Below are positions 28,774-41,136 of a stretch of DNA of 64,000 nucleotides, piece after piece. A program made the translations under genes and the position numbers. Source of the DNA: a virus (taxonomy: Duplodnaviria; Caudoviricetes); IMG/VR virus record IMGVR_UViG_3300020331_000002; one strand, 5' to 3'. Within the stretch, counting starts at the first letter, position 1. The number at the start of each line of letters is the position of its first letter. The notes under the pieces are model-generated. The model made no database searches. It was not told the origin of the DNA and saw nothing but the letters and a program-made list of their open reading frames with translations.

Positions 28774-31700
28774 TCAAGACTTGGTTGAGAACTTTCCGGA
28801 AAATGTGTCTTCGTGTAACGAGTTTGTGAGGTGACTGATATACGCCATATCAGCCGCACGCACTGCGATCATGTTTTCGACATAGTCGCGCATGTCATGG
28901 GCATCGATAGCCTGATCTAAGGTGCCTGCGAAGCTGCTAATCATAGGTATGGTAGACACACCCGTATAGACAGCGACTCTGGCCTGATCTTTAAATTGTT
29001 GAGCTACTTTTATGCCATCAGCCATCTTTGTCTCCTTGCTTGTTGGATAAAAACCCGGGTATCAGATCCAAGTATGCGTCGGTGATAGGACACCCTAACA
29101 ACCTCAAACGAGCAACTGTTTCGGTATCCATCTTCATTGCGCCTTTGCCTTTCCAGTTATCGTACTCGTCATCTACCATACAAAACGGCAGATACTTTTT
29201 CCAGCGCATATATTCATCAACATCGTGTCTGATCATCGGGTGCATCAGAGGTTTCAACTCGTCAGCACTCATTTTACCGCGCAATAAGGCTTCCGTAAAA
29301 GATCCCGGACTCACACCGTAAATCCAGAACATTTCAACAGCCGAACAAATGTTTGTGTCTAAGCTAAATTTTAAATCGCCCATGTGAACTCCAGATCACT
29401 ATCAGAAATCGGCTCGCCGTTCTTGTGCATCATCTTAATAATTTTAACGTAATCCTCGCGCAGCCTCTTCAGTTTATCCTCGCATTCTTCGCGTATAATA
29501 GATATAGTCTCGTCGAGATTAGATTCCAAAACGCCGGTTGCCATAGTCCAATAATTTCTTTCTATAAAACATTCACGTATCCGGCGAAGTGCCTGCGCGT
29601 CTGTCACTTCTACTTTGACATGCTCGACATAATGCGCACGTAATGCGGCTAGGCGTGATGTAAGCGTATCGGCTATGGATTTGTCAATAAACATCATCGC
29701 GTCGGAGACTACTTCTAAATCAAGGATAGATGTGCTTCGGGGATATTCATAATCACCGTCCTTTTCAATCATGCCAAGTATAAAATGCAAGTTATCCATA
29801 TCTTTTTGGATTAGGCTCACATATGGATGTAGTGGATCATTGCTCATTGATATGCTCCTTTACACCCTCGGTTAATGTTTGTTTAATTTTGGTAGCCAAG
29901 TTCCAAAATTTCTCTGCTAGTTTTTGTTCCAACGCATTGTGTTTCAACGTGTAGAGGTCTTTTCTTATTACTTGTCTGCGCAATGACTCTATCATCCCGG
30001 TACTTCTTCTGAGATCAAGGTGGTGCTGGCGTGTCACCGCTTCTTGTGAACCATCTAGAACACTGCGTGATGCCAAGGCATGTGAGTATGCATCATACAA
30101 ATCAATATAGGCACGAATCGCGTCAATCGTCTCTTGCCATTTTAGGGTGTAATCGAGGTTTTCAATCAAAGTTAGCCTAAACGGTGCAGACGCGAATATA
30201 CTGTCGCTCTGGTTGACACCGTCAATCTTTGAAACCATAGCGAGTGCATCTATCAGATTAGACCTTAGTTGCTTGGTATTCATTATTGTGTCATTCCTTC
30301 TGCTATTTTATCAGCCAACGTTCGTACTTCGTTAGTGAGAACTTCGTGCTTGAGTGTCCATTCACCTGATGTCATGAGTTTCTTTATCGCAATCGCAACC
30401 AGCATATATGCGGTAGTAGGCGATACTCGAGTTTCAAGACGCTTGCATAATAAAGCAGGATCACCTAGTATGCCGTTGTCCATCAAATTCAACTCACCAA
30501 GTAACGCCTTGCACGTTTTGTCAAATTTAGCAACGTCAGTTCCGCGGCCGTGGCGTGCAACGCCCGGGTAGGTTTTAATGATATAATTAACGTAAGGCTG
30601 CACAGCGAATAAGTCATATCCAATCGGATCAGTTGGTCGTGTAAATTTATGACGTGCTAATTGCAACGCGCACAAATCAACCAACATATTAGATGAGTGG
30701 GCACGTACCTTGCGCCGCATTTCGAGGCCAAAGCCGTACAGCTTACCGAGTCTCTCGCATAATCGATCAGCGTTGTAGGCAGCTATACGAAACCGGGCCT
30801 GACCTAATATGAGGTGGCCGTTGTCGCGTCTGACATCGTCGATTAACTCACGGTCGTCAGCTGTGAGTTTTTTATACTCGGCTGGGGTATCATATAACCA
30901 CCCTAACATAGCGTCGACAAACACCAACAAGGTGTGCCGGTATGGCCTTTTAGACATTTGCGCATTCCTTCAATACAGAGTCGATGTGTGTCACTGCCTC
31001 TTCAACTTGCTCTTCGACGGAACCGTTGCACTTGCCTTCTTTGCGCAATTCGACAACTAAGTCGTATCGTTCCATAGGTTGAAGATGATTGATCCAAATA
31101 GAATACGCCGGGTCAACTAAATCAACCGGTGTGCCTAACTCTTCAAACAATTTTTGATCAACTGCTTTGCGTGCCTTCTCTGCACTAAGTATTCTGTCTT
31201 TAAAAATCATCTTATCACCTTTCATCTATTAAGCAAGAATTAAGTTTCTCGCTACTGTTAGATATTATAGGGCAACTCAGTCAGAATAGCAAACTTATTT
31301 TCAACAAGGTCTTCTATTAGTGCAACTCTTTCTTTTTTAAGTATCAAGATAGCTTCTTCTATCACAGCATCAAGCTTTTGGCGTGCCAACTCCAGCTGTA
31401 TTGTCCAGCCACCGTCAGCGCCGAAGTCAACTATGTCACTGCAAAAGTTACCGGTATACTCTAAACCTGCATCGAATATAAAATCAATAAACTCAGTACA
31501 GCCGCTTATTATATCCGCTGCCAAATGAGCGTGCTTTGTGCGGTTTAAGAAAGTCCATGAACACAAGTCGTAATTGATTTGGTCATAGTCATAGTAGCCG
31601 TTGATTTTGGTTTCGAGTCTGGATATCAACGTGGAATATGCCACCTCTTGACGCGCTATACGACAAGCTCGTTTAAATTGCTGAGAGCCGTATTCTTCAT

Positions 31701-32031
31701 CCAGTAACTGTACCGCTTTGATAATAGTCCCGAACGCTAGCTTATTTGAGATACCGATCTCATTCTTGGGCGCCGTCTGTGCTACCGTGCCCCACGTAGG
31801 AAACGAGTCGCCTGACATTCGTGTGTTGGTCATAAGCCGAGAAATCGTATACGCCTTGTTTTCGAAATTGCGCCTGATCACGCTTCCTTGGTCTACCTTA
31901 CCGGCGTAAAAATGCAAGTATCGAATATACCAGAACGTGCGATCACCGGCCCAACAAACCATAGGCGATGGATCGAAATGATTTAAGTTTCCGAGGTTGA
32001 GTATTAGTAACTTATGTTTTTGGATGTTCAT
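28774..32031 (-). other. run of seven hypothetical CDSs (28774-29025, 29018-29383, 29371-29847, 29837-30283, 30283-30957, 30950-31225, 31258-32031)
   Basis: Abutting minus-strand ORFs in the ORF track. Confidence 0.6.
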
Positions 32032-32575
32032 TATATCGTGGTAACCCTAGTACGGCAAGCATATGGTCTATTTCATCTTCCGTCATAGCGGCCATGTCTT
32101 CAGCAGCCGGAATGTAAATATCATCAACAAAATTCTTGATGTGATCTCGCTCTCGCTTCGTTGATTCAAGAAGGTGATCATTATCACGAACAAGTATAGT
32201 CCTACGACCGCGTGATGTGATCCAGTTACGTGTGCGCTTGTGTATGTTAGACGACAACATCGCTAAGCTTGTATAGCCGCGGTTTGCTAGCCTGATAGCA
32301 TCAAATGCGCCTTCACTCAAAAATATAACCTCTGGACTCCAGTGAAAAGTCTCCATACCAAACAACGGCACCATGCCTTCCTTGCTTGATTTCGAAAAGT
32401 ACTTGCTATTTGAATCAGTTGTGTCTTTAGACCCATTCGGGTAATATTGTAATATACCGGCTAGACGCAACCTATCATCAGCCAACCAAAACGTGACTTT
32501 GTCAGCTTCGTCATCAACATGACAGTGGTACATATCCACGTCAAGATGTCGTTGCTTCAAATGTTTTCTTATCAT
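32012..32575 (-). CDS. small TOPRIM primase-like protein
   Basis: IFLSEGAFDA, LVRDND. Confidence 0.75.
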   Translation of the reverse strand: MIRKHLKQRHLDVDMYHCHVDDEADKVTFWLADDRLRLAGILQYYPNGSKDTTDSNSKYFSKSSKEGMVPLFGMETFHWSPEVIFLSEGAFDAIRLANRGYTSLAMLSSNIHKRTRNWITSRGRRTILVRDNDHLLESTKRERDHIKNFVDDIYIPAAEDMAAMTEDEIDHMLAVLGLPRYNEHPKT

Positions 32576-33153
32576 TCCAAACCTAACTCTTCAGTCAATT
32601 TTAGTTGGTCGATTAATTTGCGCATACGCTCACGCGGGCGCAATTCGGAAATTTTTACTTCGGTACGTTCGTCCTGAAATTGATTTCCGCGGTGGATGTA
32701 CAGTAGCGACTTGTTTTTGTCGTAGTAAACATCGTGAGTATCATAGTGCATGAGGAACTCAATATCCTCCCATGCGGCGTACTTATTGCCGAAATTAGGC
32801 GTGCGCTTTCCCCTGCGATACATGTTTACCGCAATCTCGTTCAATTGTCGTGCATAGCGACATATTCTAGGAGCGCCACTGACTTCTTTAGTCCAGTAAC
32901 GGACTTGGCCGGGTGTAAGTGTTCTATACTTTAAAAAGTACTCGGCATGTTGTGTACCGATAAAAGAATCGAACGAAGTAAACCCACGTCCGTTATGTTC
33001 AACGGTAGTAGCTGCTTCTTTCTCGTCTTCAGTTTGACGGTTGTACAGATTTACGAGTGCTTTGCCTATATAAACGGAGACGTAGTTGGTGCCCTTTTCG
33101 GACAATACCAGTGCCATGCTTTCGCGACTGATAATAGTGTGTTTGACTGCCAT
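32572..33153 (-). CDS. hypothetical protein
   Basis: ORF track. Confidence 0.65.
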   Translation of the reverse strand: MAVKHTIISRESMALVLSEKGTNYVSVYIGKALVNLYNRQTEDEKEAATTVEHNGRGFTSFDSFIGTQHAEYFLKYRTLTPGQVRYWTKEVSGAPRICRYARQLNEIAVNMYRRGKRTPNFGNKYAAWEDIEFLMHYDTHDVYYDKNKSLLYIHRGNQFQDERTEVKISELRPRERMRKLIDQLKLTEELGLE

Positions 33154-33233
33154 AGTTTATACCTGTTAAATTGAATGTTTATCAAATTGTAAGGTATAAA
33201 TTGACCAAAGTAAAGAAAAGATTGAATAAAAAA

Positions 33234-33477
33234 TGGCACACAAGGTAAAAGTAAAAAATCAAAAATCAAGGACTAGGCCTTCAACGGCGCACGCCCACAA
33301 CCCAAAGCATACTATCAACTAATCAAAGGACATCATTATCGATCAAAAATCACATGTATTGGCTTGCAATATTCTAATATTCGATTTATCAATATCCTGC
33401 GGAAAGACTAGTAATCTACATTTAGTTAACTCGTATACGAGTAATAGGTTTTTACTTTTATTATTCCTAGTGTGCCA
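33234..33477 (-). ncRNA. candidate structured intergenic RNA closed by a long terminal stem
   Basis: TGGCACAC/GTGTGCCA plus TAAAAGTAAAA/TTTTACTTTTA end-to-end pairing; no convincing ORF. Confidence 0.4.
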
Positions 33478-33548
33478 AAATCGGGGCCAGAAACGATCGA
33501 AATCACGCCCCTATCTAACAAGGTGCCTAAGCACCCCGTGAGAATTCG

Positions 33549-34133
33549 TTAAACTATTTCAAATTCACGTAGTGTGTCGATAACGTCATCTGACAGTGTG
33601 ATTTTGTTTGCAAGGTTCAGCTCAAGAAGCTCTTCGTCAATTTCACGAAGTCTGCGCTTCTTCAAGTTAATGATGTCTTTGATACGGCTAACATGATCTT
33701 CCGACATGATGACCACATCAGCTGTACCGGATCGGTAGTTAAACTCGTCCGAGTTTGTGCGCTCTGCTTTTGACTTGATGCGTTGATCTAATTCATCAGG
33801 GCCCGAAATCAGTGGCTGATGAATGTGGCGCGGGTCGAAGCGCTGTAGCATTTTAATTACTTCTTTTGCTTCGTTGTACTCAGACAACAAAACATTAATG
33901 CCGTACTTGGCATTTGCTAGCGACAGTTCTTTTCGGATGAAAAACATTGCTGCCGTTACTTCTTCAATTTTTTCGATAGTGTTCCAGATACTATCTGACG
34001 CCTTTTGCGCGGACTGCACTGCCTTTTCCGGACTGTCGAGTGAAATTGACTTAGACATAGCAAAGTCAGTGTTGTGTAGTTCAGCTGACAGTAGCTTCGC
34101 CAGGGCTGAAGCCTTCTTTAGATTTACTTGCAT
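33549..34133 (-). CDS. coiled-coil hypothetical protein
   Basis: ORF track; TTGCAA-16-TATAAT upstream. Confidence 0.7.
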   Translation of the reverse strand: MQVNLKKASALAKLLSAELHNTDFAMSKSISLDSPEKAVQSAQKASDSIWNTIEKIEEVTAAMFFIRKELSLANAKYGINVLLSEYNEAKEVIKMLQRFDPRHIHQPLISGPDELDQRIKSKAERTNSDEFNYRSGTADVVIMSEDHVSRIKDIINLKKRRLREIDEELLELNLANKITLSDDVIDTLREFEIV

Positions 34134-34320
34134 CGGATTTCCTTCCTTTATAATGAATATTGAATCGCACGTGATTTCTGCGAATTACTTTCTTTTTCAT
34201 TTATTTTTCCTTATTATACATTATTAATTTTCAGTTGCAAGACCTTTTTGGGCATTTCTTAAAAGAAAAGTGAGTAGGGAATCTGACTTACTACCTACTC
34301 ACTACCCGGATTGTGAATTA

Positions 34321-34734
34321 CTACTGCGCAGGAGTAGTATACGCCTCACGTTTTCCGAACATGATACGTGTGCTATCTCTGCGCTCATAGAAACGTCCAT
34401 TTTCTGGGTTGCGTTCGACCAAAATAGGTCCGTTAGATTTCATTTTAAATACATGTTTCTCACCGCTTTTGTTGCGGGTAATTTTGTATTCCTGGATAGT
34501 TGCGTGTTTGCCGTTACGATCAGTTCTCGTTGCGCGGTCTTCTTGAACCACTACATAAGAAAATCGACCATGTGTAAACACGTCTATTACCGTGGCTGGC
34601 GTCTTGCCTTTCCACGTAACTAAGGTTGCTGGTTCGCCTATTTCGCGACCCTGTACAGGGTCAGGCCTCGGCTGTATTGGTGCTTTGATAGCTACCCCCA
34701 CACCCTTAACCACATTTACTCGAATATTAGACAT
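34321..34734 (-). CDS. hypothetical protein
   Basis: ORF track, GGAG RBS. Confidence 0.65.
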   Translation of the reverse strand: MSNIRVNVVKGVGVAIKAPIQPRPDPVQGREIGEPATLVTWKGKTPATVIDVFTHGRFSYVVVQEDRATRTDRNGKHATIQEYKITRNKSGEKHVFKMKSNGPILVERNPENGRFYERRDSTRIMFGKREAYTTPAQ

Positions 34735-35104
34735 ACAAAAATTTCTCCGTGTTGTGTTAATTACACTGAGATTATTATACAGAAACGACCATAAGTCAAC
34801 AAATTTCCTTAAAATAATTAAAAAACTTCGAAGACAAATTACGTAATGTTAACTCTGATTATTTGTAGTCATGAACCAGCGCACCAAAAAAGTTCTTAAA
34901 AGTCTGTGTTTAAAATTGTTTTTCACAAACTTAATACTACCAAGTCCCTTGTCGATCTTGTCCGATTCCAGCTTTTACTAGGAGCACCTACAGTGTGCGC
35001 TCGAATAAAACAAAAGTAGCATCCCTGGACAACGTGATATAATATACGAAAGTATATTTGGCCTTGCAAGCATTTTCTGTATGTTTTACAAGGCCGTGTA
35101 TATC

Positions 35105-35569
35105 TTACACTCTACGCCTTATAGACAGCGAAAGTCCAGTCGGTTTTACTTTATGCCACGCACGCACTGCCAAGTAATATATCTTAGCCATATTGAAGCC
35201 TAAGTCCTCCAACATCTCTTTAAAGATTACATCAATCTGCTTGATGGTAACCCATTCCATTTCTTTCGGGTACTCGTCTTTGATTTGGAGAAGAACATCA
35301 TGGACTAACGTGGCACGCCACAATTCAGGCCTTCCAATACTGGTGTCCCACTTGCCGTCCCATGTGCCAATAATCATTGGACCTATTCTGAATTTAGGTG
35401 AAGCACCGTCCCATGCGTATCCCGGATGTACCGTTAGTTCACCGGCTTTTGTTAGTGTTGCTAGAACTTTAGTACCGTCGGCTGTAGTAATGTTGAGGTC
35501 GGTATAAGGTTCTATATCGAAGCTCTCAGAAACATTTTCTGTGAGCGTGTAGAAGTAATTTTTAGACAT
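35105..35569 (-). CDS. DUF1353-like protein, late
   Basis: VHPGYAWDGAS…ATLVHDVL motif; GTAAATA upstream. Confidence 0.7.
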   Translation of the reverse strand: MSKNYFYTLTENVSESFDIEPYTDLNITTADGTKVLATLTKAGELTVHPGYAWDGASPKFRIGPMIIGTWDGKWDTSIGRPELWRATLVHDVLLQIKDEYPKEMEWVTIKQIDVIFKEMLEDLGFNMAKIYYLAVRAWHKVKPTGLSLSIRRRV

Positions 35570-35628
35570 ATCACTTTCCTTAGTTAAGTATTAGTGATAT
35601 TTACTTAGATATGAAAATTGGGGCGGTT

Positions 35629-36834
35629 TTAATCCCAGCCCCAAGGATCCTCCCAGCGCTTGTTAGGTTTGAACTCGTAACAAGTAGTGGGGTCAATTGC
35701 CATTTTGCGACACGCATCGCGTTCATAACAGCGACGGGCGCGATTGTCGTAATGCTTGACGTCGCGCAGATAACCGCGCCAGTGGCCAATATCACGAGTG
35801 TAAGTCCTCATGTAAAACTTTTCGTCAAATTCATAATACCAATGAGAATCAAGACTCTTATTAATTTGACGTTCGATGTGTGCCTTTAGCTCACCTTTCG
35901 TTTTACAGTAATGGCGCTTACGTACAGTTCTAGACATAGTGTCCTCCGTTGAAAATTAATTCAACGAAAAACTAGTGCTGGTCCTAACATAATTTATACC
36001 GATTCAGTTGATTCCGGAACAGGGAATGTAGCGTAAAACATGCCGTCGCCTTTAGTCTGTAACTCAGATCCAAGGTCGCTTAGCTTTACAAATAACCCCG
36101 ATTCACCGGATATTGTATACGCTGTGATTGTGCGCATAGTAATGCCAAAAAGTTGGCTATGATATTCAAGAGTGCAACGTTGCGAGCCTGTAACATCAGT
36201 TAACATCACTGGCGCCATTTTTACATTAGCGTCCGCTCGTAACGTGGTGCCAATCAAACCGTCTTCGATTACTACTGCCGGGAAGGCATTTAAGTCGTAA
36301 TCAATTTGTACTTCTTGCTCTTCCGCTACTACCACTTCTGTCATGTTAAATCCTACGTGTTTGTTAATGTATAGGTATTTAACGTGCGGTACTCAGTGTT
36401 GCGTCAAAAAGTACTCATTTTTTTCGCTTGCGTGCCTTACTGCGTACAGCCTGGTAATAAGATCTTTCATCTTCCTTACTGTCAAATACTGTACGGTAGC
36501 CGAATCCGCGAGTCGAAGCAGTCATTTTGCCGTTATATTTGGCAAGATTACGCGCTTTTGCGCGTAACCTAGCATATTGCTTTCTGCCTGCATGAGTCCT
36601 TATCTCTGGCACAACCGACAATAATATTTGCCGGTTAAACCATTTTCGGATGCGCCTTAGCACTAAAACTCTCGTGAGCGATCAGTCAAAATGATAATCG
36701 CATCAGGGTCAGCAAGCTCTGGTTTAGACTCACGACCACTTACAAATTGCATCTCATTGACACGGCGCAAATAATCCGGCTTGTCTACATGAGAGTTGAT
36801 TTCGCTTATTAAGTCGTCGAGTAATTGATCCATT
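35629..36834 (-). other. four small hypothetical CDSs (35629-35937, 35994-36344, 36415-36663, 36664-36834)
   Basis: ORF track plus a 56-codon ORF MDQLLDDL… read by hand. Confidence 0.55.
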
Positions 36835-36851
36835 TGCCTAAACCCTTAAAG

Positions 36852-37051
36852 TGGTGCCCGGCTTCATTTCATGTATTCTATCCACTAACATCAAAGCCTC
36901 CAAGCGCTATGACTAGTATTAGCAACTAACGCAAACCCAGCCCGTAAGCACTATGTTTTCTATTATATTCCACAGTCAATTCACTACTCGGGGTAGAGCG
37001 TACTAAACATTTAATGATCGTCGTGGACGGGCAGTTGTAAACCCGCCGGGC
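36852..37051 (-). ncRNA. 200-nt RNA with tRNA-like acceptor stem and CCA end
   Basis: GCCCGGC/GCCGGGC 7 bp + A + CCA; own TTGCAA-16-TACAAT promoter at 37071-37098. Confidence 0.65.
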
Positions 37052-37104
37052 GTTGTTAATTAAGCCGTGATTGTAACAAACCAAATCACACTTGCAAGGT
37101 GTTT

Positions 37105-37615
37105 TTAAGAAATCTTGTATTTCAATATCTTGTCTAAGTGAGCACTCATTTGGTTATAAGCTTTGACACTAATGCCGTCGGTGTTATTGCCGATCGCATC
37201 GTCAAGCGCCTTTATTGCTAAGCCTAGCTCAACAGGCACACCAAGCCTTGACGCTTGCGCTTGTCTTTTTGCTGCTAATTCTTCCGCAGCTTCATCCGCT
37301 TGCTTGTCGTGCCAATATTGTTGTCCTGAACTCATAAGCTCATCCTCTTAGTATATCATTCACTTTCATTGTTTTGACTTTACCGCGTCTTTCGTAGAGT
37401 ATAGTCTTCACGCCTATTTCTTGCAGTAATTTGACACACTCTTCATATGCTTCACGCGTTAGGTTCTCGCCATGTGCGCCTGAAATATACACGGTCGTAT
37501 CCGATATATGCTGTATTGTAAAAATACCAGTATATGGTTTACGATCTTCATATCCGTCGGAATCCTCGTATACCCTAATTTGGCTGACTATTCTGCTTAA
37601 ATGTGCGCCGTACAT
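37105..37615 (-). other. two hypothetical CDSs (37105-37335; 37340-37615 with late promoter)
   Basis: ORF track; GTAAATA at 37638. Confidence 0.55.
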
Positions 37616-37647
37616 AAAATATCTCCTATTATAGAGATATTTACCGG

Positions 37648-37887
37648 TTACTCACTCGGGTTCCAAATCCAGAGCATTACTTTTTTGGAAGCCTTGTATT
37701 CAGTCCAGCCTTTTGGTATATCACCAACTCTGCCATTTTTACGCGCTTCGGATGTTGACTTTACCACCTTTAACTCTTTCAACAAGTTAGGTATTGGCAT
37801 ATCATCTACAAAGATAACTTCTTCGTCACCGTACAAGATGTCGAGATCGTTTTGTGTCCACGGACTTGATCTTACTACTACATTCAT
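37648..37887 (-). CDS. small protein resembling the S4-like RNA-binding C-domain of TyrRS
   Basis: LLKELKVVKSTSEARKNG resembles the LL…S.SEARR S4 motif. Confidence 0.4.
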   Translation of the reverse strand: MNVVVRSSPWTQNDLDILYGDEEVIFVDDMPIPNLLKELKVVKSTSEARKNGRVGDIPKGWTEYKASKKVMLWIWNPSE

Positions 37888-38484
37888 TGATTCATGCGCC
37901 TAAAGTGTTTGGCTAAGCTGCGAGTCCTGCACTCTGACAGGTAGCGTCTCAGTTTTGATACTTTTACATGGAACAAATTAGCGGCCTCGGAATCAGTACA
38001 GTCGTGTTCGTTAAGATACTTGGCTGCTCTGCGTACTGCATTACAGTGACGTCTGTACTGCCGTGCCACTTCTTTTTCGGTATGATTAAACTTTTCGGCG
38101 ATGCTTTTTGAGCACGTAACTACCACAGGATCAGAATCGTTTAAGATTGAAATACCTGTTGTGCTCAATACCAGGCGTTCCATTTCCCTGTTTGCTTGGT
38201 AATATTTTCCTGGCATACATCCTCCGTGTTTACTTCACGCCCATTATGCCCTCGATTTCTTTCTTAGACATCATGACATATGTGTTGTCAATTACTTTGC
38301 ACCACTTGCCGTTGATTTTGGTAGCCACCTCACTGCGGTATTGATTACAGCAAGGATCGTGACCATCAGGGAATCGTGCATTAAGGCTCACTTTTTCACG
38401 ATCATGTGGATACGTTGAAGCGTGGTAAACCTCGCCTCGTTTAATCCCTAGTCTCGTGTCGTTTTTCAAAATCATTACTTCCAC
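37884..38484 (-). other. two hypothetical CDSs (37884-38216, 38230-38484)
   Basis: ORF track. Confidence 0.55.
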
Positions 38485-38752
38485 TGGGTATTCCTTTTTC
38501 TAGAGCTTGTATTTCGCCGGTGTCGGTGTCTAATACGTAGACAAATACACGGCAGTATGAACGTATTGTTTCGTCACGGCATTGTTTACGGTCTGTAAGT
38601 GAATCTAACCGCTCGCATCCTGACAATATGGTGTTGAATGCAACGCGGTCTTCTCCGACCACATCAGTACAATCGTGTTCAGTAAATGGATGGAATCGGG
38701 AACAACCGGCGATAAACAATAATGGGACTAACACGCTGAATAGTTTTCTCAT
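38441..38752 (-). CDS. putative lipoprotein
   Basis: MRKLFSVLVPLLFIAGC lipobox; start corrected. Confidence 0.65.
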   Translation of the reverse strand: MRKLFSVLVPLLFIAGCSRFHPFTEHDCTDVVGEDRVAFNTILSGCERLDSLTDRKQCRDETIRSYCRVFVYVLDTDTGEIQALEKGIPSGSNDFEKRHETRD

Positions 38753-38940
38753 ACTTCGCTGCTCCGTTATGAATAAGGCCCGGGCGCTTTGAGCAGAACA
38801 GACGGCCAGTGCTGTATCTACCCATAACGCCCTTGAAGGCATAGAATCATCCCTCTATATGTTTTTTGCGCACGGCATACGCGCCGCGGTGGGATTCGCA
38901 CCCAAATGAAACATGCCAACCAATTTAACTGGTTGAAAAG

Positions 38941-39063
38941 GGTGGAGAGCAAGGAATTGAACCTCATCTTCCGGCTTGGGCTGAATGAAAACATGCTGTT
39001 AGAATACTAATACAGTATTCGTTATTTTCGTGGCCGGCGTGCAACCGTTACACTTTCTCTCCA
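38941..39063 (-). ncRNA. tRNA-like RNA with anticodon loop replaced by ~57-nt insert
   Basis: TGGAGAG/CTCTCCA acceptor, D arm GTGT/GCAC, CCGGC/GCCGG stem, T arm TGAGG-TTCAATT-CCTTG. Confidence 0.7.
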
Positions 39064-39082
39064 TATTCGCTATTATACATTT

Positions 39083-41032
39083 TTACTTGTCGGCGTCAAG
39101 TAGTTTTAGCAAATTTTTAAAAAGTTCTGGGTCTAGTCGTGGGGTTGGTGCAGTGGTTGGTGCTGGCGCGACGCGCACAAACTCGGCTTCTTTATCTCGT
39201 TTGCATGTCATGACACATCCGCATGTCATATCAAAAGCAGACTCGCCGAAGCCGTGACTCACTAAGTCTTCTATTTCGGTGACGCAGTTGCAATTGGTGC
39301 ATATTATCAGTTTATCAGACATTATAGTTGCTCATATAACAGACAGGCTAAAGGTATCGCGGATAGCAGGGCTAAAGGTACTCTATGTCTATTACCTTAG
39401 CACTAGGCACGGTGAACTCGGTCTCGCGATCAGTTATATTACCGAAAATGATATCGTTTGGGTTGAACTCAAACGTTACCAAAATTTCTTCTTCTGCTAG
39501 GCCGCTGTAATAGTCAAGCACATAATCACGGTCAAGTGACATATAAATGCCATTACCGGGCATTCGCATTGTGTCGCCTTTCTTTATATCAAGTACGATA
39601 CGATTGTTAGCGCCTGCGACTACCTTACCGTTTTCTATGGCCATAACTTTATAGCCGGTCATTGTTTGTTCTCCAGCAATGTTTTCGGCCATGCTGCGCA
39701 GTGCAGCTGACAGATCATCCTGAAAAAGTTCATCTAAAATCATACAAGTCCCCGTTAGTTGTTACACTATTTATATGATTTTAGTTGAACGCTTTCAATC
39801 CTGTGCGGGAAAGCGAACAGCTACCTGGTTACCGTTTGTGTCAATGCCATTGGCAGTCCAGGTCTTGTTAATATGATTTTGACGCACCATAGCAGTCAAT
39901 GTCACAGATTCACCGGTAGTGAACTCTACGAACATCTTACACATATGGGTGTCAACGAATTGCAGATCATCAAAGTCCACAGATGCGACAACGCGGGTGT
40001 CATACCCGCGATATCGTTTACTAAACCATTTGAGTGTTATTACTTCCATCAACCTCTCGCTTGTTTCATTGCTTCAATATCATCTTCATCGTACAAATAC
40101 GCATCACCAACAGCGTCGTGAGCTGGGCTACCGTAACGCGGCGCCACACTGTACCATAAATCTGAACGATGTAATTTAGGATAGCGACCTTCAGAAATTT
40201 TATGGCGCATAATTTCTAAGCGCTCACGTTGCAAGTCTAAATCTTCACTTGCCGCTACGTGACGATAACGCTTACCGTTGAATAGTTCAACTTGAAAATA
40301 ATAAACATCAACAATGACGTTGTCACCGTCTTCAGTGTAATGACCGGCTTTGTATTGCTGATCAGAAACAATCTCAAGCGAATGTATTTGAACGCCTTCT
40401 AGGGCCTTAGTGTACTGGTCTGTCATATCGTTTTACCTTGTTTGTTAGCTTACAATAGATATGATAGCGCCTTGAGCGTCAATGTCAAGGCCTTTTTGAA
40501 GAAAAATTAAAAATTATTTCGGTAAACGGTCGAGCACTTCTTTTGCTGCTTCGTCCATCCTCGCATCTAGCAGGTTTGAGATTTCGTTCATGTAACCCAA
40601 GCGCAGATTAACGTCGTGGCCGTCGCAGTCGTTTTCAATGTAACGAAAGCGTTCTTCGTGTAGTTGCTCAGTTGTCATTGTTTGTAACTTTTCTAGTGCT
40701 TTGTTTTTCATGATATTACCTCATTAATTGGGAGGAAGGAAGGGTTGTCAAAACAACCCTTAGCGCAAGTAAGTTTGCTTCAAACTGTCAATCCAGTTTG
40801 TCATGCTTACTAGTTGCTTCTGAGTCATGCGCTCAGTGCCTGCCAATTCAAGCACCTCGTCTAACATGTAACCAATTTGGTCACTGTTAGCGTAGTAAGG
40901 GTTATTTTTGCTCAACACATAGCCAGTGTTGCGAGTACGGCGTTTAACAAAAGCTTTTAGGTCAGCCACAGTGTGCTTCGGCTTTTCAATCAACGCTAAA
41001 TGTTCTTTTTTAATGCTGCTCAAAGTGTTCAT
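39083..41032 (-). other. six small hypothetical CDSs (39083-39322, 39372-39743 late, 39795-40052, 40049-40426, 40514-40711, 40760-41032)
   Basis: ORF track; TATAAATA at 39768-39775; sigma70-type promoters near 40460 and 41075. Confidence 0.6.
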
Positions 41033-41136
41033 AGTGTCTTACCTTTGTTTGTTAAATGTCGTCTTCAGTATCTATATTACTACCTTGACGACCAAAGTCA
41101 ACACCTGTTTGAAAAAATTTCAATTATTTTTCGACA

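Noticed and set aside
34765-34800. TTGACT…TATAAT as a canonical sigma70 promoter
   Set aside because: The spacer is only 14 nt. It may still function, but it is not supported as canonical.
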